The translations under genes and the position numbers were made by a program. Under the pieces are notes generated by a model. The model saw only the letters and a program-made list of their open reading frames with translations, was not told where the DNA came from and did no database searches. This document shows positions 12,964 through 26,249 of a DNA stretch of 64,000 nt, piece by piece (position 1 is the stretch's first letter; the number at the start of each line of letters is the position of its first letter). This DNA is from Octopus sinensis (taxonomy: Eukaryota), in NCBI RefSeq assembly GCF_006345805.1, contig NC_043000.1, positions 11,656,001-11,720,000 of the forward strand. Direction: 5' to 3'.

Positions 12964-13567
12964 TTAAAAGTCCTGTGGGGGTGGTGAAATGAAAGAGTGA
13001 CTCATTAGCAGAGAGGGGAGGAGGAGGAGGTAATGGTGTCGAGGACGGGAGAGGAATAGGTGGTGGTGGGGGTGGAGGCAGAAATTACTTAAGGAGTGAG
13101 TCAGCGAGTGGTACACGTGAGAGTAAGTAACTGAGGACGTAGGGAGGGAAGTAAAAAAAAAACAACAAAAACCTGTGGTGGTGGTGGTGGAGGCGACGGC
13201 GGAAGTCATGATGGTGTTAATGGTGGTGGGGGTTAGTGGTGACGGTGATGATGGTGGTGGTGGTGGTGGTGGTGATAGTGGTGGCGGGGATAGTAGTGGT
13301 GATGGTGGAGGTGATGGCGGTTGTGTGGTGGTAGTCGTGGTGGTTATGATAGTGTCAGTGGAGATGGTGGTGGTGATTGTGGTGGTGGTGGTGGTGGTGA
13401 TTGTGGTAGTGATAGTGGTGGTGATGGTGGTGGTGAGGATAGTGGTGGTGATGGTGGAAGTGATGACGGTTGTGGTGGTGGTAGTCGTGGTGGTGATGAT
13501 AGTGTTAGTGGAGATGGTGGTGGTGATTGTGGTAGTGATGGTGGTGTTGATAGTGGTGGTCACAGTG

Positions 13568-13599
<32 letters not shown>

Positions 13600-13640
13600 G
13601 GTTGTGGCGGTAGTGGTGGAGGTGATGGTGTAGTGACAGT
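12964..13640. repeat. Purine-rich lead-in and (GGT/GAT)n low-complexity array with an internal ~150-bp duplication
   Basis: Trinucleotide repeats; 13300-13385 recurs at about 13450-13535. The overlapping ORFs are homopolymeric. Confidence 0.9.
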
Positions 13641-13679
13641 GGTGGCGGTAGTTCCGTCGTAGTTTAACCAAGCTTAGTT

Positions 13680-13950
13680 CTGACGAAGCAAACCTATGAT
13701 GAAAGACATTCCAACCGTGCCACTCGTGTCTTTAATTCAGACACTGAGGTAAGTAAGACAATAGGACTAAATTATACAATATGTCCTTCATCCCTATTAA
13801 AGAGAGAAAGGTGTGGTTCGAGAGAGATTTAACTATTATTTCTAGTAGGACGAGTGACCACGAAGAGTTACCTTCGTTGGTTCGGTGTTGTTATTGTATT
13901 GCTCCAGGGAAGCCATGATTGAGCAGACCTATGATCAAAGGAACTCCACC
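13680..13950 (+). repeat. Unclassified interspersed repeat, related to 49360-49570
   Basis: Shared segments CCTATGATGAAAGACATTCC / GATGATCAAAAGTATTC, GGACTAAATTA and GAGAG(A/G)GATTT(A/G)ACT. Confidence 0.4.
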
Positions 13951-13954
13951 CATG

Positions 13955-15215
13955 ACCAACAAATCAAAACGCAAAGAAGTTTGCTTCCGAACGACTTGGT
14001 TTGGGGTTCAGTTTCACTGTAATATACCATGGGCAAGCATCTTCCACTATAGTGCCGGTCCGACTAAAGCCTTATGAGTGGATTTGATAGACGGAAACTG
14101 AAAGAAGCCCACCGTATATATATATATATATATATATATATGCATATATGTATGTATGTGTGTCTTTGTCTTGACATCGCGTAGAGGTTGTAAATGAGTA
14201 TCACCGTCATACAAGCAGTGTCATTCCCCACCCTCTATTATTCTGCTTAAACTTGTCTGGCCATGAAGAAATATTCTTTTCTACTCTAGGCACAAGGCCC
14301 GAAATTTTGGGGAAGGGGAGGGGCAGTCGATTAGGTCAACCTCTGTACGCAACTGGTACTTAATTCATCGACCCCAAAAGGATGAACAGCAAAGACGGAC
14401 GAAATACCGCCAAGCAGTTCGCCCGGCGTGCTAACGTTTCTTATTTCTTTACTACCCACAAGGGGCTAAACACAGAGAGGACAAACAAGGACAGACAGAC
14501 GGATTAAGTCGATTATATCGATCCCAGTGGGTTACTGGTACTTAATTTATCGACCCCGAAAGGGTGAAAGGCAAAGTCGACCTCGGTGGAATTTGAACTC
14601 AGAACGCAGCGGCGGACGAAATACCTATTTCTTTATTACCCACAAGGGCTAAACACAGAGGGGACAAACAAGGACAGACATAGGTATTAAGTCGATTACA
14701 TCGACCCCAGTGCGTAGCTGGTACTTAATTTATCGACCCCGAAAGGATGAAAGGCAAAGTCGACCTCGGTGGAATTTGAGCTCAGAACGTAACGGCGGAC
14801 GAAATACCGCCAAGTAGTTCACCCGGCGTGCTAACGTTTCTGCCAATTTAAAATATAAATTCTTTTCTTTTGAAGGTACAAGGCCTTGAAGTTTTGGGAG
14901 AGGGAATTAGTCGATTACATCGACCCTACTGTTTCACTGGTACAAAATTTATCGACCCCGAAAGGATGAAAGGCAAAGTCGCCCCGGCGGAATTTGAACT
15001 CAGAACATGAAGACGGGTGAAATCTCGTTAAGCATACCGCCGTGCGTGGTAACGATTCTGCCAGTCAGCCGCCTTTTGGCCATGGAAAAATATTGCCTTG
15101 CTTTGGAAGCAGGTGAAAAGCTGGCAACAGCAAAGGCATCCGGCTGTAGAAAATAAACTCTGCCTAACCCATGCAAGCATGGAAAAGAGTCGTTACAATG
15201 GTGATGATGATGACG
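13955..15215 (+). mobile_element. B-head/RTE-tail SINE interrupted by a minus-strand cluster of family A SINEs (14276-15075)
   Basis: The B-type portion ends near GGCCATGAAGAAATATT (14260-14277) and resumes as GGCCATGGAAAAATATTGCC (15078) after four to five A units. Confidence 0.7.
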
Positions 15216-15630
15216 TCGACGACAACGACAACGACGGAGACGACGACGACGATGATGATGACAACGACGACTATTGCGATGATGATGATGACGACGAAGA
15301 TGATGACAACAACGACGACGGTGATGATGATGTTACGACGACGACAACTACGACGATAATGAATCGACGACGACGACGATGACATGACAACGACGAGGAT
15401 GATGTGACGTCGACGATGATGACGCTGATGATGATATGACGACAAAGAACGACGATGATGATGATATGACGACAAAGACGACGACGGACGATGATGATGA
15501 TGATGATGATGATAGGACGACGACAACGATGACGACGCTGATATGACGTCGACGACGACTACGATGATATCACGACGACTACGACGACGCTGATGATGAT
15601 GATGATGATGATATGTCGGCGACAACGATG
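15200..15630. repeat. (GAT/GAC)n microsatellite expanded from the RTE tail
   Basis: Direct reading. Confidence 0.95.
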
Positions 15631-15849
15631 ATGAAAATAAACCACAGACATATATATATATATTCACTTGCAGGCAAACATATACACCGAAGTGTATGTA
15701 TGTATATGTCTTCCTAATAAGGGTGTATATATGTGTGTGTTATTGTTCTTTATGTGTGAGCGTGTGCGTGCGTCTTTGCGTGTCGTGGGAAGAGGGAAGG
15801 GGAGACAGAAGAGACTGTGGCAAAGTAAAGTGGATCATCGGAAACAATA

Positions 15850-16353
15850 GAAATGTGTGGGTGTGTAGGTATATGTGTGTGTGCGTGTAATGCATGTGTG
15901 TGTCTGTAATGCATGTGTGTGTGTGCATGTATATGTATGTAAGTATGTGTCTGTAATGTATGTGTGTGCATCTATGTGCGTATCAATATGCAGGTTGTCT
16001 GAGTGTATGTCTGTATGCATGTACGTGCGTGTGTATATGTTGTGTGTGTGTGTGTTGTCTGCATGTATGTGTTGTGACTGTGTGGGTGTGTGTATGAGCA
16101 TGTGTGAGCTATTGTTGATTACGTGTTTGTTCCGTATGTGAGAGTTGTGTGGTGATGGTGGTGGTGGTGGTGGTGGTGGTGGTGGTGGTGGTGAAGGTGG
16201 TGGTGGTGGTGGTGGTGGTGAAGGTGTGTGTGCATGTGTGTGTGCGTGCGTGCGTGTGTGCGTGTGTGTGTGTGTGTGTGTGCGTAATTATAACTGTGCA
16301 GCTGACGAGTGTCTGTTCGGGTGAGGCAATTAATGATTGTGTGTATGTATGTA

Positions 16354-16393
<40 letters not shown>

Positions 16394-16512
16394 CGTGTGT
16401 GTGTGTGTGTGTATGTGTGCGCGCGCGCGTGTGTGTATGTGTGAGTGTGTGTGTGTGTCTGTGTCTGTGTGTGTGTGCGCGCGCGTGTGTGTGAGTGTGT
16501 GCGTGTGTGTGT

Positions 16513-16543
<31 letters not shown>

Positions 16544-16570
16544 CGTGCGTGTGTGTGTCTGTCTGTCTAC
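15850..16570. repeat. (TG)n/(TATG)n/(GGT)n compound microsatellite
   Basis: Direct reading. Confidence 0.95.
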
Positions 16571-16571
16571 A

Positions 16572-17676
16572 TACGAGGTGAGGGTGCTGAAAAGTTCCTG
16601 GCTTTAAGGGTGTCGCGAAAAACCGGATTGGAGCCCCAACCTTCCGACTTCTTTTACAGGGCTTAGGGAAACCGAAGGACCGCTGCAGTAAGTATGCGAA
16701 TCTGAGAAGGGAATAAATATCTTTATATATAAAAGAAAGGTTGTGTGTCTGTCTCCTACGATTTAGATTCCTAACTACTCCCACATTTTGCGGTGCAGTT
16801 TAACCAAAACCGGGTATCTTATAGTCGTGCTCATACGCGCCCCTTCGGGTATTAGCGCGTCTCCGATGAGTGTCTACGATTAAAAAATAATTACATATTT
16901 TTTTTCCATTTTCATGCATATTTTTTTAAATATTAAGTGAAGTAACTCTCTAAAAATGTCTACGATGTGTCAACGATTTAAAAAAAAATACCATAATTTT
17001 TGCATTTTAATGCATATTTTTTTAAATATAAGTGAAGTAACTCTCTAAAAATGTCTACGATGTGTCAACGATTTAAAAAAAAATTACCATAATTTTTTCC
17101 ATTTTAATGCATATTTTTTTAAATATAAGTGAAGTAACTCTCTAAAAATGTCTACGATGTGTCAACGATTTAAAAAAAAATTACCATAATTTTTTCCATT
17201 TTAATGCATATTTTTTTAAATATAAGTGAAGTAACTCTCTAAAAATGTCTACGATGTGTCAACGATTTAAAAATAATTTACCATCATTTTTTCCATTTTA
17301 ATGCATATTTTTTTAAATATAAGTGAAGTAACTCTCTAAAAATGTCTACGATGTGTCAACGATTTAAAAATAATTTACCATCAATTTTTCCATTTTAATG
17401 CATATTTTTTTAAATATAAGTGAAGTAACTCTCTAAAAATGTCTACGATGTGTCAACGATTTAAAAAAAAAATTACCATAATTTTTTTTCATTTTTAATG
17501 CATTTTTTGCTATTTTTTGCTATAACTCTCTAAAAATGCTTTATAGTTATTTCCCTTACAAACCCGAGCAACGCCGAGCGATACTGCTAGTGTTGAATAA
17601 AATCATAATTAAACTGATTCCCCTGTATTTATTTCTTTTTACTCAAAGCCAGGAACTTTTTCAGCACCCCGTCGTA
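16572..17676 (+). mobile_element. mariner-derived MITE with TA ends, interrupted by a Helitron
   Basis: TIRs GGTGCTGAAAAGTTCCTGGCTTT and AAAGCCAGGAACTTTTTCAGCACC. Rejoining the flanks gives a mariner C-terminal remnant (DRCSKYANLR..YVE*). Confidence 0.85.
16720..17590 (+). mobile_element. Non-autonomous Helitron with an internal ~97-bp tandem array (about 7 units)
   Basis: Starts TC, ends with hairpin CCCGAGCAACGCCGAG plus CTAG, and sits between A and T. Unit starts at 16958, 17053, 17150, 17247, 17344 and 17441. Confidence 0.85.
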
Positions 17677-17699
17677 TGTCTATGGCTGTGATTGTATGC

Positions 17700-17767
17700 G
17701 ATTGCATATGGCTGTGTAAGGGTAATAATGTGTGCGCGCGTGTGTGTGCGTGTCAGGAAGCTCACGT

Positions 17768-17824
<57 letters not shown>

Positions 17825-17945
17825 GTGTATATGAGTGTGTAGAGGTGCAGTAATGCGTGCACGCGCATATATATCTATTTCTGTTTGTGTTTGTGATGGC
17901 TTAATGATTAAGAATGCGTTTGAACTTACGCTTGAACGTTTTAGC

Positions 17946-17980
<35 letters not shown>

Positions 17981-18190
17981 TGTGTGTGTGTATGTGTTGT
18001 GTGTGTGTGTGTGTGTGCTTTGTGTGTGTGTGTGTGCTTGTGTGTGTGTGTGCTTGTGTGTGTGTGTGCTTGTGTATGTGTGTATGTGTGTGTGTGTGCG
18101 TGTGTGTGTGCTTGTGTGTGTGTGTGTGCTTGTGTGTGTGTGTGTGTGTGCTTGTGTGTGTGTGTGTGTGTTTGTGTTTGTGCGTTGTTG
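17700..18190. repeat. (TG)n microsatellite region
   Basis: Direct reading. Confidence 0.95.
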
Positions 18191-18248
18191 GGGGTGAGAC
18201 TATATGCCCTTGTGAATGACTGCTTATGTGTCTGTGAGTGTACATATA

Positions 18249-18536
18249 TCTTTATATATAAAAGTGAAGTTGTGTGTCTGTCTCCTACGATTTAAATTCC
18301 TAACTACTCCCACATTTTGCGGTGCAGTTTAACCAAAACCGGGTATCTTATAGTCGTGATTCATATCGAGCCCTTCTGGGTATTAGCGCGCGTCTATGAT
18401 TTAAAAAAAAATTTACCATCATTTTTTCCCATTTTTAATGCATTTTTTTGCTATTATATAAGGGAAGTAACTCGCTAAAAATGCTTATATAGTTATTTCC
18501 CTTACAAACCCGAGCAATGCCGGGCGATACTGCTAG
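18249..18536 (+). mobile_element. Non-autonomous Helitron, single-unit version of 16720-17590
   Basis: A|TCTTTATATATAAAAG...CCCGAGCAATGCCGGGCGATACTGCTAG|T. Confidence 0.85.
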
Positions 18537-20199
18537 TATATATATATAATTGTATATATATATACACGTGTGTGTGTGAAGGGAGAGAGAGAAAGGCTAT
18601 TATTGTGCGTATGACAGCTTAACTATTGTTTCTGCAAATGGTTCTTCTCGTGTATGTGTTTGCGTGTGTATGTGCATATGTCTGCTTCTAATGTTGTTTG
18701 CTGGTCTGTGTACATGTATGTGCTTATATGACTGTGAGGATATGTGCATGTGTGTGTCATATGTGTGCGTTTGTGTGTGGCGCGTTATGTGTGTGTGTGT
18801 GTGTGCGAGAGAGAGAGTGAGAGAGAGAGAGAGAGAGAGAGTGTGTGTGTGTGTGTGAAAATATACGTACGTGCATATGATTTGTCTTCTATTTCAATCC
18901 GTCTCGGTGCTTGCCTGTCTGTCTGCCTGTCGGTGTTATATTTCTCCTCGGTCTCTACCTGCCTGTCTGACTGTCTGTCAGTCTGATGTACTCCTTCTCT
19001 CTCTCTCTCACCCCCACACATACACACACACACACACACACACCACACACACACACACACACACACGGAGTACTTTCCGTCAGCCATATTTATAATAATC
19101 ATAATCAACGTCACTACATTCCTCATAAATGTGTGTTTGTGTGTGTGTGTAACCAAAAATGCGTTATAACCCAAGGTAGCCATAGCATGCATTTAAATAA
19201 CATAGACGAATACAGGTATATCAAATACCATATGACATAAATTATCTCCACCGAGAATATACCATAATAACCAGATGGCTATTGATGTCTGTTCCACATG
19301 AGAAGGGGACATGCTATCAAGACTCAAGAATTTCTCCAAAGTTGACATGTCAATAAGAAAAAGGACAGGCTTATTGTCTGGAGATAAGATGACAGTCGTG
19401 TCCACAAGTTTCTGTCGCAATAGGCGTCATCGGCACGACACTCGTCCTAACCTATCTCTTGTAGCCAAGAGACTAAGACATATACAAAAGGAGCAGAACA
19501 CATTTATGACTTAGGTAATTTGCGTAATTCAAACAGAAGTGAGCTTAGAGAAATCACACGACTATTTCTTGGATATATCTTCTTCCAACTATATCATCTT
19601 AATTTTCCAGAAATTTCTATCAGAAAATCTTGTGTTACAAAGAAGTTTCAAGATCGATGCCTTGATGTTATATACATCAGGTTTCTCATGAGGGCACTAA
19701 ACACCTAACGGCGTTAGCTCAAGACTAAAGATTAGATTTATAAGTACGTTTCCCCATTACCGTTTAAACTAATTGTGTAATTAGTATAATATTAATGTAA
19801 TAATGCTTATGTAGTCAGATAAAGATGACTAAATCCTTTCTGAGCTCCGCACTGCATTTCACCTTCAAAACCCACGAGCCTAATTTCGAAGTAAAGCTCA
19901 TTTATTAGACTCACTCCGACTAAAATAGCTATTGGTGCAATTAGCTAAAATTTATCAGATAGAATCATTCACGAAGTCAAGATAGTATCTCTCTTGTTTT
20001 TATAGAGTAATGTTTCAAATGTTACTCTCTGGTATAAGTTTTCATGAAATCAGAGTATAACGAAATTCCTCTAATGCGATGGTAGCAATATTCTTATTTG
20101 TCTGAATACCTTACATTACTTTAAAACGTTTTTTTTCCTCTCCTGGCATTGAGTTGGCTTTCATACATTGAGGTTTCAAGCATTTGCAGCCCGCAAAAA

Positions 20200-21100
20200 C
20201 ACCGACTGATTCAGAGCAAATTTCTTAGCAAATTACTATCTCCATATTCTCCGTTTACTATAAACCGAACGAATCTGTAAACTGGCTGAATAAATACTTG
20301 CACTACTCGTGGAATATTTTTAAGAATCTGGTCTTAATCCTTTCCTAAACTGTTTCAAATCTCTGCTAATAAGAAAATTTTTGCAAATATTCTCAATATC
20401 TTAATAATGCCAAATCTACGAATGAGTTTAACGATAACATTCCAAACACTGAAGACGTAGAATATCTTTACAAAAATTAGAAAAAAATATTATCCCGTTA
20501 AATCCACCTTATAACATCGCTGAAGTTACACTAGGTGCCAAATTTTAAAAAATCGATATTTTCCCTACAAAACCAATATTGAATTTTTAAACAAAAATAC
20601 CATCAAAATCTCGTACTTTACCTCTCCTAAATTTGATGTGTACTTACCTAATTTGAACCTTTCAAAACTGAACCAACATAACATAAATTTGCTTATCAAA
20701 AACCAATGTAACTACATTCACTCCAACACCTGCCTTAGACTTCAGTTACTTAACTGAGAACAGTTTGAAAATGCAGCGAAAACAACACTTCTAAAACTTT
20801 CACTGGAATGACATCCAAACATTTCAAACAATGTTACAATTGTCATACTTATTCATTCAGAGACTCTAACAATAACATCCAAATTTCACTGGCTTGCAAC
20901 ATCTGTAAATCGAAAGTTAAATCTGCACTTTATAATTTAACTAAAAAATCCTGTCCAAAGCTAAACTCTTAAAAAATGTACACAATAGCGACTAGCATAT
21001 TTGCGTTTCGGTCTTGCAGAAAGTATTGCCAGTGGATTGCTTAGGCTCAAAAATCCAGGTTGATGAGACACATGTCGAAACATCGGTGTTTCAGAATCCC
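20200..21100 (+). pseudogene. Penelope-like element relic: RT thumb, linker and GIY-YIG region
   Basis: Degenerate motifs YYKPNES (YRKPN), NIIPLNPPYN (NIIWFNPPYS), FLNKNTIKISY (IFNRNTIKISY) and YNLTKKSC. Many stops and frameshifts. Confidence 0.7.
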
Positions 21101-21267
21101 TTGCAACAGTGTGTTATGAACACACTGTCGTCGTAAAAGGGAGAAGTTGCTCTCCTGTGACGTATACTACAAGGACTAGCATATTTGTGTTTTCTTCTTC
21201 CGGCACTTATTAAGAATAAATATACAAATCATTGTTTCAGATTTCGCTGTACACACTGCAAATAACG

Positions 21268-21320
<53 letters not shown>

Positions 21321-21494
21321 ACACACACACACATACATATATGTTATGTCGCACGTTCGGCTGACCTCTACTCAACTCCTACTACTCTCTCTCGGCGTCT
21401 AGACTTCTCCCTCTATATCTACGTATGGGCTTGTCTACTTCATCGTCTGGGGGCGTCCACACAACAATATGTATATATATATATTATATATACA

Positions 21495-21535
<41 letters not shown>

Positions 21536-21540
21536 GTAGA

Positions 21541-21965
21541 TGTCGAACAATGAAAATGAGTTCTTAATAACATCTATACTAGTGTTTGTTATGATAACAC
21601 ATTCCTTACTAGATTCAAGCCCCTTTTGAAGCAAGCTTTTGGAGATCGAGGGGTAAAAATCGATGATGTCAAATTAGATTAATTTGCATTTGGGTTTATC
21701 AAATGTTTTCTTAAACAGTTCAACAGTTGCATGACTACATATCCATTGAGTAAAGTTTGAGTATGCTCTGACGTGTCGTATGATATTATCTAATATGGAC
21801 TTACTAATCATTCATATTTGTGGGATTTATTAATCTACAGCTAGGGTTTTGCGTGAAGTTAACTTTATAGTCTTTCAGGGTTACAAAAGAGTTTCGTGGG
21901 ACAAGCTTTTCTACTCTGTCTTCTTTTTAAAACCTTGTCGCTAATTTTTTTGCTTCTACATTAAT
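21541..21965 (-). pseudogene. Penelope-like reverse transcriptase N-terminal fragment
   Basis: INVEAKKLA...EDRVEKL...FVTLKDYKVNFTQNPSCRLINPT...ISKSILDNI...QW...FDIIDFYPSISKSLL. Confidence 0.85.
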
Positions 21966-22027
21966 TAAATTATAAGTGGTGGGTTTTGTTTTCTTGTATG
22001 TTTTAGTTATGCTGTATGTATATATGT

Positions 22028-22349
22028 GAAGGCGCGTGGCTTAGTGGTTAGGGCATTCGACTCACGATTGTAAGGTCGTAAGTTCGATTCCCGGCGACGC
22101 GTAGTGTCCTTCAGTAAGACACTTTATTTCACGTTGCTCCAGTCCACTCAGCTGGTTAAAATGAGTTGTACCTGTATTTCCAAGGTCCGGCCATGTCACA
22201 CTTTGTGTCACGCTGAATCTCCCTGAGAACTACATTAGGGGTACGCGTGTCTGTGGATTGCTTAGTCACTGGCACGTTAATTTTATGAGCAGACTGTTCC
22301 GTTGATCGTATCAGCTGGGACCCTCGTCGTCGTAACCGACGGAGTGCTC
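22028..22349 (+). mobile_element. tRNA/CORE SINE family C1
   Basis: GGCGCGTGGCTTAGTGGTTAGG...GTTCGATTCCC head, CORE-like AAGACACTTTATTTCACGTTGCTCC, and a tail shared with 57338-57720. Confidence 0.85.
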
Positions 22350-22394
22350 CTATGTATATATGTAAGTATGTATGTATGTATGTATATATATATA

Positions 22395-22482
<88 letters not shown>

Positions 22483-22879
22483 TAAATATGTATGCATAAA
22501 CACACATATATATATATATATATGTATATGTGTATATATATATACTTACGTAGCTAAATAGCTATATTAATTTATCTATTCTATCACTTTTTCATTCCAC
22601 TCCCTCTTATCCTTTAACCTATTTCATAAAATCACATCTGCTCTAGCCGCCATAATTGCCTTATCATACCACTTACTTCCTCAATTTAAAGCTTTTCAGA
22701 CACTTTATTGCATACTTAGTTTATTTCATTTGTATACACAGCTTCATAGACTCGGCTCTTTCTGCATTTAGGTACTTTATCGCCCCATCAATATTTTTTT
22801 TTAAATTCTATACCATAATCTTTCGCTCATTTAGCGTTAAATATTCCAGTATGACTTTATTAATCCCTTAATTATTTTC

Positions 22880-23060
22880 TTCTTTCTACTAAAGGCAGGG
22901 TGTGCTAAGTCGGTTACATCAACTCCAGTGTTTAATTGGTACTTGGATGAAAGGCAATATCGACCACGGTGGAATTTGAACTCAGAACGTAAAGCCGAAC
23001 GAAATACTGTTAAGCATTTTGTCCGGCGTGCTAACAATTCTGCCAGCTTGCCGCCTTTGA
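22880..23060 (-). mobile_element. SINE family A, decayed
   Basis: Reverse complement of the A head and body. Confidence 0.7.
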
Positions 23061-24013
23061 ATTGATTCCGAATTTTGACATAAAGCTAGCAAGTTTGGGG
23101 AGAGGGATAGTCGATTACATCAACCCCAGCGTTCAACTTGTACTTATTTTATCGCTCTCGAAAGGATGAACAGCAATGTCCACCATGCGGTGGGATTTGG
23201 ACTCAGAACATGAAGAGAGACGAAATACCTATTTCTTTACTACCCACAAGGGGCTAAACACAGAGGGGACAAACAAGGACAGACAAACGGATTAAGTTGA
23301 TTATATCGACCCCAGTGCGTAACTGGTACTTATTTAATCGACTCCGAAAGGATGAAAGGCAAAGTCGACTTCGGCGGAGTTTGAACACAGAACGTAACAG
23401 CAGACGAAATACCTATTTCTTTACTACCCACAAGGGGCTAAACACAAAGGGGACAAACAAGGACAGACAAACGGACTAAGTCGATTATATCGATCCCAGT
23501 GCGTAACTGGTACTTATTTAATCGACCCCGAAAGGATGAAAGACAAAGTTGACCTCGGCGGAATTTGAACTCAGAACATGAAGAGAGACGAAATACCTAT
23601 TTCTTTACTACCCACAAGGGGCCAAACACAGAAGGGACAAACAAGGACAGACAAACGGATTAAGTCGATTATATCGACCCCAGTGCGTAACTGGTACTTA
23701 TTTAATCGACTCCGAAAGGATGAAAGGCAAAGTCGACTTCGGCGGAGTTTGAACTCAGAACGTAACAGCAGACGAAATACCTATTTCTTTACTACCCACA
23801 AAGGGCTAAACACAGAGAGGACAAACAAGGACAGACAAGCGGACTAAGTCGGTTATATCGACCCCAGTGCGTAACTGGTACTTATTTAATCGACTCCGAA
23901 AGGATGAAAGGCAAAGTCGACTTCGGCGGAGTTTGAACTCAGAACGTAACGGCAGACGAAATACCGCTAAGCATGTTGTCCAGTGTGCTAACGATTCTGC
24001 CAGCTCGCTGCCT
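23061..24013 (-). mobile_element. SINE family A pentameric array (four A1 units within an A2 copy; 184-bp period)
   Basis: Junctions ...CGAAATACC|TATTTCTTT at 23229, 23413, 23597 and 23781. Confidence 0.9.
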
Positions 24014-24019
24014 CTAAAT

Positions 24020-24420
24020 TATCGATTTCAAATTTTGACACAAGGCCAGCAAGGTTAGCCGATTACATCGATCCCAGTGTTCAACTGGTACTTATGTCAC
24101 CGCCCCCGAAAGGATGAAAGGCAAAGTCGCCCTCGCTGGAATTTGAACTCAGAATGAAAAGCCAAAAAAAAAAATGTCGCTAACCATTTTGTCCATTCTG
24201 CCAGCTCGCCGCCTTTAAAATATCCTTTTGGAAATTTTTTGAGAGAGAGCCAGTCGATTAGGTCGACCCCAGTATGCAACTGGTACTTAATTTATCGACC
24301 CCGAAAGGATAAAAGGCAAAGTCGACTTCGGCGGAGTTTGAACTCAGAACGTAACGGCAGACGAAATACCGCTAAGCACGTTGTTCAGTGTGCTCACGAT
24401 TCTGCCAGCGCGACGCCTTT
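24020..24420 (-). mobile_element. Two further SINE family A copies
   Basis: Reverse-complement A body and head at about 24020-24220 and 24240-24420. Confidence 0.75.
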
Positions 24421-24811
24421 AAAATATTACAATATAGCCTTACGCCAGAATTCATTCTACTCATACATTTCATAACTTTCTCCTATTTCATTGATAGCTG
24501 TTCTATTTAACTCTCACTGCCAACACCTTAAAAGACACGCATTACCTTTCGTAGTATCTGGATAAACATAATTATTTATCATACCTTTTATCTTTATTTT
24601 TTTTTACTTGTTTCATACATTAGAACGTGTCCGTGTTGGAACACCATCTTGAAGAGTTTAGTCGAAAAAATTGGCTCCAGTTCGTATTTTTTAAAAGTCT
24701 GGTACTTATTTCATCGGTTACTTTTGTCGAACCGCTACGTTACGGAGACGTAAACAAATCAATAACGGTTATCAAGTGGTGGGTTAGGATAAACATAAAG
24801 ATATACACACA

Positions 24812-25040
24812 GGCAGCGAGCTGGCAGAAACGTTAGCACGCCGGGCGAAATGCTTAGCGGTATTTCATCTGCCGCTACGTTCTGAGTTCAAATTCCGCCG
24901 AGGTCGACTTTGCCTTTCATCCTTTCGGGGTCGATTAAATAAGTACCAGTTACGCACTGGGGTCGATATAATCGACTTAATCCGTTTTTCTGTCCTTGCT
25001 TGTCCCCTCTGTGTTTGGCCCCTTGTGGGCAGTAAAAAAA
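24812..25040 (+). mobile_element. SINE A1 with a 15-bp TSD, inserted in a B-family SINE
   Basis: TSD AAAGATATACACACA at 24797-24811 and 25041-25055. Confidence 0.9.
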
Positions 25041-26249
25041 AAAGATATACACACATATGCATACGTACATATGCAAAACAGGCTTCAACATAGTTTCCGC
25101 CTTCCAAATTCATTCACAAGGCATTAGTCGGTCCGGATTTACAGTAGAAAACACCTTCCTAAGGTGCCACGCATTGGGATTGAACTTACTCCCATTACAC
25201 ATATCTCTGTCGTTTTGTCTGTTCTAGTATATTTCGTTTTGTTTTCTTTCGAAAAAACAAAACACAACACCGTGTTCCTATTAATTAAAAATGCATAGTC
25301 ATAAAACCCCCGCTTCTTCCACTGATGATTGTGTATGTATCACATGAAACTTGGGATCATAAATTCAAGATTTGCGTACAGATATTTATATTAATAAACG
25401 TGCATAAAGATTGTGCGGTGTTCAAAAATATTTCTTTATTTTCTAAATTCTTAAGTTTGAATTGTTAAACCCTTTTATACGAAGTGTACCGGTAATTTTT
25501 TTTTTTACTTGTGGGTCACAATAAATAAATAAATTGAATATCTTCGATATAGATACTACATCTTCTATAATTAGTTATGTAGGAGACATATAAAGAATTT
25601 ATGACCAAGAATCGAAACCTCAATCTCACGTTTGTTTCCATTGTTCTTTAATCGTTCACTTAAAATCCATTTGTTTAACCCGTCAGAAATTCGCCATATT
25701 CTTAGGTTAAGCAGAGGTGAATATAGATTAACCAAATTCAACTCTAATTTCAGTGACCTAATTCGGCCTTAACACAGGTATATTGGGTTCTGTATTTATA
25801 TTTTCTCTGACTAGATTAAGTTAGGCTTAAGAAAGGATTCTTCGTCTCTCATCTGCCTGAACCCTATTTAACCTAAAAATGTTAACTTAAACAATAGAAC
25901 AAACTAAGTGTGGCAGTTGACTCTCATAAAATTCCAAGTGCAAAGAGGGAGAACGATAGGTAGAGGACTTGTAGAAAAATATAGATTCGGTTTCAAATCC
26001 TGGCTTAGAATCTAGGAAGCTATTCGTTATGTGTATGTGAGTGTGTGTGTGTGTATGTATGTATATTTATGTACACGACGGACTTCCATACAGTTCCCAT
26101 CTACCAAATTATCTCACAAGACAGTCGGCCTGGGTCTATAATAGAAGACATCGGCCCAAGGTGCCGCGCAGTCGGGCTGAATCCGAAAATACGTGGCTGC
26201 AAAGCGAATTTCTTAACCACACAGCAATGCCTTTATATATGTATGTCTA

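Noticed and set aside
16872-17540. 97-bp and 184-bp (23 kb) regular arrays as CRISPR-like loci
   Set aside because: There are no unique spacers and no cas genes, the context is eukaryotic, and the units are Helitron-internal and SINE sequences.
22028-22105. tRNA genes at SINE heads (also 31493, 47021, 57338)
   Set aside because: A and B boxes are present but run into SINE bodies and tails, often with TSDs, and no convincing cloverleaf with a terminator is seen.
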